IMG/VR virus record: IMGVR_UViG_3300021087_000002
Source: an uncultured virus (IMG/VR IMGVR_UViG_3300021087_000002)
Lineage: Duplodnaviria > Heunggongvirae > Uroviricota > Caudoviricetes
Direction: 5' to 3' (one strand)
Length of the DNA: 20,000 bases
Within the stretch, counting starts at the first letter, position 1; each line of letters begins with the position of its first letter. A program made the translations under genes and the position numbers. Shown here in pieces: positions 1-7,859 of this stretch. The notes under the pieces are model-generated. The model did not search any database, was not told the DNA's origin, and worked only from the letters and a program-made list of their open reading frames with translations.

Positions 1-52
1 ATGGAAGATGCAGAAGATTGCTGATAAACCTGTGGAAGAATGGAAGCTATGA
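1..52 (+). CDS. 3' end of an upstream gene (partial)
   Basis: Frame starting at nt 2 reads WKMQKIADKPVEEWKL to TGA at 50-52, just before the RBS of the next gene. Confidence 0.55.
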   Translation, partial: WKMQKIADKPVEEWKL

Positions 53-68
53 CGAAAAAGGAACTAAT

Positions 69-638
69 ATGATTAATGTTGAACTAGGCCATGTAAAGAA
101 TTTGGTAGAATTTTATGATGAGATCCGTAGTGGTCAAGAGGGAGAACATGGAGATGATTATTGTGGTCAACATGATGCTATCAAGTTCTATGCTAAAGAT
201 TGTGACAGTTATAGAGAACTAGGAACACACCAAGGTGGCACATTAGCCAATGCACTTCTCAGTGGTTTTGATTATGTAGAAGGTGTTGACATTGATATGC
301 ATCGTTATCGCAAATTCTGTCAACCCCATGCAGAACACTATGCACGAGAGAATGGCATTCAGTTAGTTATTAAAGAAGTTGATAGTGCAGGTTTGGGTGC
401 TGTGGGTAGACAAGTAGATATGCTGTTGATCGATAGTATTCACAAAGCCTACCATATGACAAAAGAATTAGACCTACATGCTCCTCTTGCTAGGAAGTAT
501 ATTGTAGCACACGACACAAACACAGTTCCAGAACTACAAGCTTGTCTTGAGAGGTTCTGCCAAAAGAACTCCGAGTGGAGCATCATTGAACGTGGAGTTG
601 TTAATGTTGGCTTTACGGTGTTACAGAAGAATGCCTAA
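69..638 (+). CDS. Class I SAM-dependent methyltransferase (Methyltransf_24-like)
   Basis: Motif I ELGTHQGGT, acidic GVDID, DMLLIDSIH and terminal HDT. Start moved to ATG 69 after AAGGA. Confidence 0.8.
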   Translation: MINVELGHVKNLVEFYDEIRSGQEGEHGDDYCGQHDAIKFYAKDCDSYRELGTHQGGTLANALLSGFDYVEGVDIDMHRYRKFCQPHAEHYARENGIQLVIKEVDSAGLGAVGRQVDMLLIDSIHKAYHMTKELDLHAPLARKYIVAHDTNTVPELQACLERFCQKNSEWSIIERGVVNVGFTVLQKNA

Positions 639-1305
639 TATAATATTACAACACTTCGATGGAGAGCTACGTGAACTAGATCTTCTATCTATGACAAACA
701 TTCAAAATTATGCAAAAGATGTTGGTGCAGACTATCAACTTGTCAAAGGCATGCCATTCCGTGATCATCTAACAGCACCTTGTCAGAAGGTGTTCATGAT
801 CGACGAACAGTATGATGATTATGATGATGTTCTAATGTTAGACATTGACATGTTTGTACCAAAGAATATGAATAAGAACATATTTGATGAAGTGGGTGTT
901 GGTTTATACAATCCTATTCAACAGAATTTACATGCCAAGTTGGTGAGACAACACTCTTTCCAAGGATCCATGGAAGCTCCTTATTGGGGTGGTGCTATCT
1001 ACAAGATGGATAGAGCATTACGTCAAAAGCTGAGATCTGGATTAGGTGGTAATGAGAATTGGATGAATGCGTACAATCAACCATATCAGTGGGAAGACGA
1101 AGGCATCTTTCATACACTTGCTTTTAGAACAGGTGTTAAGATATCCGATGATCAGTTCTTACATCCAAAGTGGTGCTATGACAACTATCTAGAATATCCA
1201 CAATACGCTGGAATGATCCATGTGCGTACAAAGATTACACCCACAGGACCTAAGCAAGAGAAGATCAAAAACTATAGAGCATTAGTGGAAAGGGGTATTT
1301 TATAA
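631..1305 (+). CDS. GT-A fold glycosyltransferase (GT34-like)
   Basis: NYAKDVGADY, DxD motif in VLMLDIDMF, EDEG motif, C-terminal His. ATG 631 overlaps the previous gene end. Confidence 0.7.
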   Translation: MPNIILQHFDGELRELDLLSMTNIQNYAKDVGADYQLVKGMPFRDHLTAPCQKVFMIDEQYDDYDDVLMLDIDMFVPKNMNKNIFDEVGVGLYNPIQQNLHAKLVRQHSFQGSMEAPYWGGAIYKMDRALRQKLRSGLGGNENWMNAYNQPYQWEDEGIFHTLAFRTGVKISDDQFLHPKWCYDNYLEYPQYAGMIHVRTKITPTGPKQEKIKNYRALVERGIL

Positions 1306-2000
1306 TGGAAGCCCTTGTTATTACCATAAAGGGTAATGAATTAAGTGAAACTGCCGCCGCTAACTGTATTGCATCTTCAGCTAAGTTGGATAATAAATTT
1401 AGAGTAAAGACCTTTGAAGCTACCACACCAGAAGATGTTGAAGAGTGGGTTAAGGCATACAAGCTTACATGGAATTGGCCTTGGGATGGTGAGATCCATG
1501 ACATGGCCTCTGGACTTAGGAAGGTGGCATATCAAACGGCTAACCGACATGCTCGTGTGGCATGTTCAATGAGTCATTTTAGATTATGGGATAGATGTTC
1601 TAGAAACAAATCGCCTATGCTTATACTAGAGCATGATGCAATATTTACAGACAAGATTAACGTTAAGACCTACCTAAACAAGGGATTTAATATCATAGGT
1701 ATTAATTCTCCACTAGGAGCAACACGTAAGTCACAACAATTCCATGATATAATACAGAACAGAAAAGAAGTTATACAACCAGTTCCCCATATAGATGGTT
1801 GGGGTGTGCCTCAAGGTATCGCTGGAAACAGTGCATATATACTAACACCAGATGGGGCTGATGATTTGCTGAGAGCATCCTATCAGTATGGTCTGTGGCC
1901 TAATGATGCTATAATGTGTAGACAGATGATAAAGCATATAGGTGTGACTAAGAAGTATTACACTACAATTCAACGTACTAGGAGTACGACTACGTTATGA
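1305..2000 (+). CDS. Glycosyltransferase family 25
   Basis: ACSMSHFRLW, LILEHDA, GNSAYILTPDGA and PND motifs. TAATG translational coupling. Confidence 0.85.
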   Translation: MEALVITIKGNELSETAAANCIASSAKLDNKFRVKTFEATTPEDVEEWVKAYKLTWNWPWDGEIHDMASGLRKVAYQTANRHARVACSMSHFRLWDRCSRNKSPMLILEHDAIFTDKINVKTYLNKGFNIIGINSPLGATRKSQQFHDIIQNRKEVIQPVPHIDGWGVPQGIAGNSAYILTPDGADDLLRASYQYGLWPNDAIMCRQMIKHIGVTKKYYTTIQRTRSTTTL

Positions 2001-2647
2001 GAGCATTTGTTATCACAATAAAAGATAATCCACAGAGTGTGGAGATGTCTGATCGTTGCATCAAATCATTTAAAAAGCATAATGATGATAGTATAGAAGC
2101 ATTTGATGCTATAACACCAGAAACAACTGAAGTGTTTTCTTTGGCACATTACCACGGAGTTCCTGTAAAGAACTTCTTAGAGAAATACTCTAGATATGAT
2201 AGATGTGTATCCGCATTCCTATCACATTTTCTTTTATGGAAGAAGTGTATTGAGCTAGACGAATCTATTATCATATTCGAACACGATGCTGTTGTTAAAG
2301 CACCCATTCCTAAGATGCCATTCAACGGACTTGTGAACATTGGAAAACCAAGCTATGGTAAATACCTCATACCTAACCTAGGTCTTGGTAAATTGGTTTC
2401 AAAACAATACTTACCCGGAGCACATGCGTATGCTATTACACCCAAGGGTGCTGAAGCTATCATTGCCGAGACAGTATTCAATGCACAACCAACAGACGTT
2501 TATCTTAACAATAGATTATTTCCATGGATTGAAGAGTACTACCCATGGCCTGTAGATTGTGAAGATAGTTTTACAACTATTCAGAATGAGACAGGTTGTT
2601 TAGCCAAACATAATTATGGAAACGGAGAAGACTATGGGATTATCTAG
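1997..2647 (+). CDS. Glycosyltransferase family 25 (paralogue)
   Basis: AFLSHFLLWKKC, IIFEHDA, GAHAYAITPKGA and PTD motifs. ATGA overlap. Confidence 0.85.
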   Translation: MRAFVITIKDNPQSVEMSDRCIKSFKKHNDDSIEAFDAITPETTEVFSLAHYHGVPVKNFLEKYSRYDRCVSAFLSHFLLWKKCIELDESIIIFEHDAVVKAPIPKMPFNGLVNIGKPSYGKYLIPNLGLGKLVSKQYLPGAHAYAITPKGAEAIIAETVFNAQPTDVYLNNRLFPWIEEYYPWPVDCEDSFTTIQNETGCLAKHNYGNGEDYGII

Positions 2648-3266
2648 TAAACAATTCAATAAACTTTATATAACAGGTTGTGATAAGAATACAGACTGGA
2701 TGCTACCTTGGTTCGAAGAGAACTTTACTCTACACAATCAAGATGCACAATTGGCTGTATATGAGTTCGATACATTCAGAGAGGATTTGGAAGGTTGGTT
2801 TAAGAAACCTGCAGCGATGATAGATGCGTCTCAGATTGCAGATCAGGTTGTTTGGATTGATACCGACTGCCACATCAAGGGCAATCTAGATGGGATCTTT
2901 AATCACATCACACCCAATAAACTTACTATGGCTATTGATCGTCCTTGGACTACACGCCGTTCTAATCGTGGAACTTGGTATAATAGTGGTGTTGTGGGCT
3001 TTGAAGGTGTTCCACCAGTACTATCCGAATGGGCTAGATACATTCAAGATGGCTTGACAAAAGAAGTTGGTGATCAGGAAGTATTGAACTGGATGTTAGG
3101 TGGGGATCCTATTAGAGAGATTACTCACATGAATACATTGCCACCTATGTACAATTTTCTACGCCTAGATATACAAGATGAGTACCCAGGATATGAGAGT
3201 GCTAAGGTTGTGCACTGGACAGGTGGTAAGGGTAAAGAAGTAATTAAAGAGATGATGAATGTCTGA
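2634..3266 (+). CDS. Nucleotide-diphospho-sugar transferase (GT8-like)
   Basis: WIDTDC (DxD), YNSGVV, GDQEVLN, YN and VVHWTG motifs. GGAG upstream of ATG 2634. Confidence 0.8.
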   Translation: MGLSSKQFNKLYITGCDKNTDWMLPWFEENFTLHNQDAQLAVYEFDTFREDLEGWFKKPAAMIDASQIADQVVWIDTDCHIKGNLDGIFNHITPNKLTMAIDRPWTTRRSNRGTWYNSGVVGFEGVPPVLSEWARYIQDGLTKEVGDQEVLNWMLGGDPIREITHMNTLPPMYNFLRLDIQDEYPGYESAKVVHWTGGKGKEVIKEMMNV

Positions 3267-3858
3267 AGATATTGTTAATGTTATTGGTAATGGTCAGTCC
3301 GCTGGATATTTCAAGGAAGATCAAAAGGGCATTCGCCTAACGTGTAATCTACCACCATTTGAAGTGAAGAATGTATTTGCAACTATTATGGTTGACTTCA
3401 AGATGATGAGAGCAATCCAAGAAGGAAGTGTAACAGTTCCTGGTCATTGGATACTTGGTAACAGACCTAAGATCCACATGGAACAAAACTCTAGCTTTTA
3501 CATGAAGCATGCCTCACAGATACGAGGCTTCTATCTAGAAGTACCACCATATGCACGTAATGCCACAGATTTTAATTGTGGACATGTAGCAACTCACTAT
3601 GGTGTGAGTAGATGGAAACCAAAAGTATGTAACATGTTTGGATTTAACTCTATCTTTGACTTTGACATGACAAGTGCTACAGACTTCTATCTCGAATCAG
3701 ATCGTGGTGATATAAACAATAATAGATTAGCAAACAATTGGAGAGGTATTTGGCCTCAGTTGTTTAATGAATTTCCAGATACAGAATTTAGGCTACACCA
3801 CAAGCATGCTAATGCTAAAATGCAGTGTCCCAAAAATGTCACTATTATTACTCCTTGA
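3259..3858 (+). CDS. Putative glycosyltransferase of the sialyltransferase/Maf-like Rossmann fold
   Basis: VIGNGQS, xCN, NCGHVA and MFGF motifs resemble GT29/GT42/Maf-type enzymes. Last gene of the glycosyltransferase operon. Confidence 0.55.
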   Translation: MSEDIVNVIGNGQSAGYFKEDQKGIRLTCNLPPFEVKNVFATIMVDFKMMRAIQEGSVTVPGHWILGNRPKIHMEQNSSFYMKHASQIRGFYLEVPPYARNATDFNCGHVATHYGVSRWKPKVCNMFGFNSIFDFDMTSATDFYLESDRGDINNNRLANNWRGIWPQLFNEFPDTEFRLHHKHANAKMQCPKNVTIITP

Positions 3859-3883
3859 CATCAATTAGAACGTTTGTTATTAT
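3855..3883 (+). promoter_or_regulatory. Sigma70-type promoter
   Basis: TTGACA (3855-3860), 17-bp spacer ending in TGn, TATTAT (3878-3883). Confidence 0.7.
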
Positions 3884-3890
3884 ATAAATA
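3883..3890 (+). promoter_or_regulatory. T4-type late promoter (gp55)
   Basis: Exact TATAAATA in an intergenic gap. Confidence 0.7.
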
Positions 3891-3919
3891 ATAAAGCGAC
3901 TAAAGAAGGATCATTAACT

Positions 3920-4006
3920 ATGACCGATTCAGACCAATCCTTCGATAACAAGAAGGATGACCCTCACGATGACTGGTCAAAACACCCAATCCCCCAACCT
4001 AGATAG
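3920..4006 (+). CDS. Possible 28-aa acidic micro-peptide (MTDSDQSFDNKKDDPHDDWSKHPIPQPR)
   Basis: First ATG after the dual promoter, preceded by AAGGA. Overlaps the next ORF in another frame. Confidence 0.35.
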   Translation: MTDSDQSFDNKKDDPHDDWSKHPIPQPR

Positions 4007-4280
4007 CATATACAAAAAGTACTCAGATGTAACCGACAGGAACGACAACATGTTAATCCCTTGGTATCTGATGGCATGTTATGCATACTACGTTGACGAT
4101 GAGCCAATACTTGAAGATGTTATCTTTGATAGGCTAACTAAGAAACTACTTAAAGTGTTCGATGACGTTGAGCACATGCATAAACATTATATAACAAAGG
4201 ATATGCTAGAAGCAGGAACATACCTAGGAGAATATCCGTCTAGAATAAAGTATGTTGTAGAAGATATTAAAACAACATAA
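3957..4280 (+). CDS. Stand-alone NAD+-dependent DNA ligase domain Ia-like protein (Nlig-Ia)
   Basis: YAYYVDDEPILEDVIFDRL matches the LigA Ia motif YYxxDxPxxxDxxYD. No adenylation domain. Start uncertain. Confidence 0.7.
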   Translation: MTLTMTGQNTQSPNLDSIYKKYSDVTDRNDNMLIPWYLMACYAYYVDDEPILEDVIFDRLTKKLLKVFDDVEHMHKHYITKDMLEAGTYLGEYPSRIKYVVEDIKTT

Positions 4281-4284
4281 ACAC

Positions 4285-4313
4285 TTGACAACCCCTCAGA
4301 CAAATGCTAATAT
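4285..4313 (+). promoter_or_regulatory. Sigma70-type promoter
   Basis: TTGACA, 17-bp spacer with extended -10 TG, TAATAT. Overlapped by an 8-bp inverted repeat ACCCCTCA/TGAGGGGT. Confidence 0.75.
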
Positions 4314-4335
4314 GAGGGGTAAATTGGAGAATCAA

Positions 4336-4494
4336 ATGGCATACCCGAATCACTTAATCGACTACGAAGCAGATCCAGAGCAATTACTAAAACTTAAAAA
4401 AGCTCTTTCTGAAGCGAAACTTGATTATATGATTACAAACCGTGATGGAGCCTTGGTGCAACTGAACGTATGGGTAGGCAAGATTAATGATTAA
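4336..4494 (+). CDS. Small hypothetical protein (52 aa)
   Basis: GGAGA RBS and ATG 4336 downstream of the promoter. The TTG start in the ORF track is the -35 box. Confidence 0.7.
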   Translation: MAYPNHLIDYEADPEQLLKLKKALSEAKLDYMITNRDGALVQLNVWVGKIND

Positions 4495-4504
4495 GGAGAA
4501 TAAT

Positions 4505-4999
4505 ATGAATGATGATAAATTAGGCTACTTGGCTATTGGTGCCGCCGCTATACTAATTGCTTTTACTGCGACAAGTGCAAAGGCAAACAATGCAACGCCA
4601 ATTAACGGTACTATTCAAGATTATTATAAAGTTGTACAAGACAGTGAACCATACACAAAGAAAGAGTGTGTGAATGTAAACGTTCCAGTATATGGTAATG
4701 TTACACAAGAAGGAGATGCCGCAGGTGGAGCCTTGCTTGGTATGATCCTTGGTGGTCTTGTTGGTAAAGGTGTTACAGGTGACGATAAAGGTGCCGCCGC
4801 AGGAGCTATCTTTGGTGGTCTTGTTGGTGCCGATAAAGGTGCTAAACCAAAATCTGGACAGGTTGTCACAGGATACCGAACTGAGAACCGTTGCGATTAC
4901 GTAACTTATTATCGTACCATTGAGCGTACTGAGTATGATTACTCAATCATTAATTGGAAAATTGACGGTGTTACTTACACAACTGAATTTGTAAAATAA
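4505..4999 (+). CDS. Glycine-zipper 2TM (YcfJ-like) exported/membrane protein
   Basis: Signal peptide ending AKA, glycine zipper GGALLGMILGGLVG...GAAAGAIFGGLVG, two Cys, AAGGAG RBS. Confidence 0.8.
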   Translation: MNDDKLGYLAIGAAAILIAFTATSAKANNATPINGTIQDYYKVVQDSEPYTKKECVNVNVPVYGNVTQEGDAAGGALLGMILGGLVGKGVTGDDKGAAAGAIFGGLVGADKGAKPKSGQVVTGYRTENRCDYVTYYRTIERTEYDYSIINWKIDGVTYTTEFVK

Positions 5000-5631
5000 T
5001 GAGCGTCACGGAGTATACAGTAGCTCCGATAACCATACAGGAAGCCACACCATTTGTAGAGAATTGGCACTACTCCAAGAATACAAATGGTTTGGCTACA
5101 CGATATTGTTTTGGACTGTTTAGAGGATCCGAAATGATTGGTTGTATGATTTACGCCTACTTAGGTATGGCGAGTGTTTGGAAGAAGTATGGTGAAGTAG
5201 AGACAGACGTAGTAGAACTAAGGAGACTATGCTGTATTGACGATACTCCCAAGAACACTGAAAGCTACTTTATAGCGAAAACTATTAAGTGGTTGAAGGC
5301 AGAGACTGATTGTAAAGTAGTAGTGAGTTATGCAGATACCATGCAAGGTCACGTTGGAACTATATACCATGCATCTAACTTCTATCATCTAGGCATGACA
5401 GCCAAGGGTAGATCGATAAAGATTAAAGGTAATAATCGTCTCTATCATGAGAAGACTATTAGGACATACTATCAACCTGTGAACGGAGAAAGACGTTTGA
5501 AACCATATGCTCAGAAGATCAAAGAGCAGTTGGAGAATGGTGAAGCAGAGTATGTCCATAGTGAAGGTAAACACATATTCGTCTATCCTTTGAATAAAAA
5601 AGAGAGACGAAAGTATAGGAAGTTAATATGA
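4999..5631 (+). CDS. mom: Mom-like DNA adenine-modification protein (GNAT fold)
   Basis: WHYS, ELRRL, KNTESYFI and VSYADxxxGHVGTIYHASNF are the conserved blocks of phage Mu Mom homologues. Confidence 0.85.
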   Translation: MSVTEYTVAPITIQEATPFVENWHYSKNTNGLATRYCFGLFRGSEMIGCMIYAYLGMASVWKKYGEVETDVVELRRLCCIDDTPKNTESYFIAKTIKWLKAETDCKVVVSYADTMQGHVGTIYHASNFYHLGMTAKGRSIKIKGNNRLYHEKTIRTYYQPVNGERRLKPYAQKIKEQLENGEAEYVHSEGKHIFVYPLNKKERRKYRKLI

Positions 5632-5918
5632 CAAGTTTTATTATGGATTGGTGGAATTTAGTGATGGATCATGAAAGAAATCCATTGTCTAACATCAAAG
5701 ATTTGAGAGTACGTCATCTCGTTATGCAAATACTTGCATGGATGTGGTGTATCGTATTCACGGCAATGACAGGTACATGGATGTACTTGGGTATCAATAT
5801 TCTGTTTCACGCATTGCTATTGTGTGGGATCTTTATAACAGTATCGGTGTTCGAAGCCGCTAAACGTAAACCGCAGATCTTTTATACACTGCGTGGTGAA
5901 GGTGGAGAACACGACTAG
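5628..5918 (+). CDS. Small two-TM membrane protein
   Basis: Two hydrophobic stretches (LVMQILAWMWCIVF; LGINILFHALLLCGIFITVSVF). ATGA coupling. Confidence 0.7.
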   Translation: MTSFIMDWWNLVMDHERNPLSNIKDLRVRHLVMQILAWMWCIVFTAMTGTWMYLGINILFHALLLCGIFITVSVFEAAKRKPQIFYTLRGEGGEHD

Positions 5919-5961
5919 GACGTTCTGGGTAGCACCAGATAATATGGGTTAGCAAATCCCA

Positions 5962-6110
5962 TATGATGAGAAGTGATGTTGCAGTCACAACAAAAGGCTC
6001 GATGGAAGTATCTCGGCACGAGTTTGCCGTTAGCGAGATAGAGCGGAGTTATACCAAAGGATATTAAACGTACTACAATATCTGACGTTGAGAACTCTTC
6101 TCGCATACCA
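5962..6110 (+). ncRNA. Putative structured non-coding RNA ending in CCA
   Basis: Terminal helix TATG(A)TGAGAAG / CTTCTCGCATA followed by CCA (6108-6110), several internal hairpins, lies 8 nt upstream of a tRNA. Confidence 0.55.
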
Positions 6111-6118
6111 CAGATTTA

Positions 6119-6195
6119 GTTTCCTTAGCTCAGTTGGATAGAGCAAGTGCCTTCTAAGCACTAGGTCATAGGTTCGAATCCTATAGGGAACACCA
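6119..6195 (+). tRNA. trnR: tRNA-Arg (anticodon TCT)
   Basis: Full cloverleaf: GTTTCCT/AGGGAAC acceptor, GCTC/GAGC D arm, AGTGC-CTTCTAA-GCACT anticodon arm, ATAGG-TTCGAAT-CCTAT T arm, encoded CCA. Confidence 0.97.
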
Positions 6196-6206
6196 AACTA
6201 GAAGGA

Positions 6207-6740
6207 ATGGTTCATTTGACAAGCCTAGATATGCTAAAGAGGACAGGAACGAATGCTGAGAGTGATGAATGTTATACTCCATCAGATCAGATCATTCCTC
6301 TTCTTAAATATTTAGATAAGGATAAGACTTACTATGAAGCAACTTCTGGAATCTCTTCTAACATACTTGACGGAATGGTTAAATTCGGTTATAATGTGGT
6401 TGGAAGTGGGGGAAGAGACTTTTTTGAATGCAATTCTGATGACGTGTTTGATGGGATTATTACTAACCCACCTTATAGTCTAAAGGATAAGTTCATTGAA
6501 CACTGCTATTCGTTAGGGAAACCATTTGCGTTATTCCTACCTGTAGCATCTTTCCAAGGTGGTAAACGTGGACAGATGTTCATGGACTATGGTATGTCAT
6601 GTTTAGTCTACAATAATAGAGTAGACTTCACAGGTGGTGGTGCACCACATTTTGGTAACGCTTGGTTTATGCATGGGATCCTACCACCCAACACGATATA
6701 TTGGGCTAATAACCCAAAGATGAGAGGAAAGCGAAAATGA
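6207..6740 (+). CDS. Small DNA amino-methyltransferase (N6-adenine type)
   Basis: SDECYTP, DFF, catalytic IITNPPYS, LFLP and RVDF motifs. Confidence 0.8.
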   Translation: MVHLTSLDMLKRTGTNAESDECYTPSDQIIPLLKYLDKDKTYYEATSGISSNILDGMVKFGYNVVGSGGRDFFECNSDDVFDGIITNPPYSLKDKFIEHCYSLGKPFALFLPVASFQGGKRGQMFMDYGMSCLVYNNRVDFTGGGAPHFGNAWFMHGILPPNTIYWANNPKMRGKRK

Positions 6741-7798
6741 AGGTAACAGTAGAACGTGATAAGATCACAGATGAGATCAGCGAGATCTTCGACTATGAGT
6801 TTGACGGAACATCTACGTTCCATCCTCATGAGATTAATTCATTAGATCGTGAAACCGTTCTATCTGATTTTGGTATTGGTTTAATTGTGGGACCTTCGGG
6901 ATCTGGCAAGACTACTTTACTGAAAGAGTTTGGTGAAGAGTATGAACCTTATTGGTTTGATAACAAATCTATTGCTTCTCATTTCGATGACATCGATGAC
7001 GTACAGGACAGACTAGGTGCTGTTGGATTTAACTCTGTACCGTCTTGGATGCGTCCCTATCATGTACTATCTAATGGTGAACAGTTTAGAGCTAGGTTAG
7101 CTCGACAGTTAGACAGCAACATTGTTGTTGATGAGTTCACATCTGTTATCGACAGAGATGTTGCCAAGAGTTGTTCTAATGCTATCTCACGATATGTTAA
7201 GAGACACAACTTAAAGAACATTGTATTTTCATCTTGTCATTATGACATTATTGAGTGGTTGCAACCAGATTGGGTATTTGATACTCAGACTGGTAAGCTG
7301 ACCACAAGGGGGTATCAAAGGCCAGATATCGTTCTGGAAATTTTACCTTGTACCAGAGACATCTGGACGCACTTCAGCGACCACCACTATCTCGACCACA
7401 ACATCCACAAAGGTGCATCTTGTTGGATCGCAACATGGAACGGCAGACTTGTCGGATTTCTTTCTAGCCTAAGCATGCCTTCGGGCAGTCTTAAGAATGC
7501 ATGGAGAGCACATAGAGTTGTGATACTTCCAGAGTTCCAAGGGCTAGGTATTGGTGCCAGACTTATGGATGCCCTAGGTGATATGCACGTTGCAGAAGGT
7601 AAAAGATTCTTTCTCAAAACAAGTCACCCTAGACTAGGCGAATACTGTAATAGAAATGATGCTTGGAAAGGCACATCAAAGAACGGTATTGCCAGACCTG
7701 ACTATAAAACTAATTCTAGTACCTATGGCGGATTTGCTGAAGGACTACAAAAGCATATGAATAGAATATGCTATTCCCATGAATATATCGGAAAATAG
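6737..7798 (+). CDS. ABC-family ATPase fused to a GNAT acetyltransferase (COG2401-like)
   Basis: Walker A GPSGSGKTT, signature LSNGE, Walker B VVDEF, H-loop SSCH. C-terminal HHYL and RVVILPEFQGLGIG acetyl-CoA motif. Confidence 0.9.
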   Translation: MKVTVERDKITDEISEIFDYEFDGTSTFHPHEINSLDRETVLSDFGIGLIVGPSGSGKTTLLKEFGEEYEPYWFDNKSIASHFDDIDDVQDRLGAVGFNSVPSWMRPYHVLSNGEQFRARLARQLDSNIVVDEFTSVIDRDVAKSCSNAISRYVKRHNLKNIVFSSCHYDIIEWLQPDWVFDTQTGKLTTRGYQRPDIVLEILPCTRDIWTHFSDHHYLDHNIHKGASCWIATWNGRLVGFLSSLSMPSGSLKNAWRAHRVVILPEFQGLGIGARLMDALGDMHVAEGKRFFLKTSHPRLGEYCNRNDAWKGTSKNGIARPDYKTNSSTYGGFAEGLQKHMNRICYSHEYIGK

Positions 7799-7801
7799 TA
7801 C

Positions 7802-7830
7802 TTGACATTAGACGAATCACATGCTATTAA
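7802..7830 (+). promoter_or_regulatory. Sigma70-type early promoter with CGAATCA in the spacer
   Basis: TTGACA, 17-bp spacer with TG, TATTAA. CGAATC at 7813-7818. Confidence 0.75.
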
Positions 7831-7859
7831 TAGTATGTAATCTCAGAAAGGATTCGTTA

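Noticed and set aside
3957..4280. ligA pseudogene
   Set aside because: No remnant of the adenylation domain (KxDG) seen downstream. The ORF ends cleanly before a promoter
4710..4845. Short GGTGCC/GGTGGTCTTGTTGGT repeats
   Set aside because: Explained by the glycine-zipper coding repeat
5915..6106. 63-aa minus-strand ORF
   Set aside because: Antisense to the local transcription direction, no RBS or motif, and better explained by a plus-strand structured RNA
6216..6244. TTGACA inside the methyltransferase 5' end as a promoter
   Set aside because: No -10 hexamer at 17-bp spacing
6737..7798. ABC transporter
   Set aside because: No permease or binding-protein genes nearby. The ATPase is fused to a GNAT domain, indicating a soluble modification enzyme
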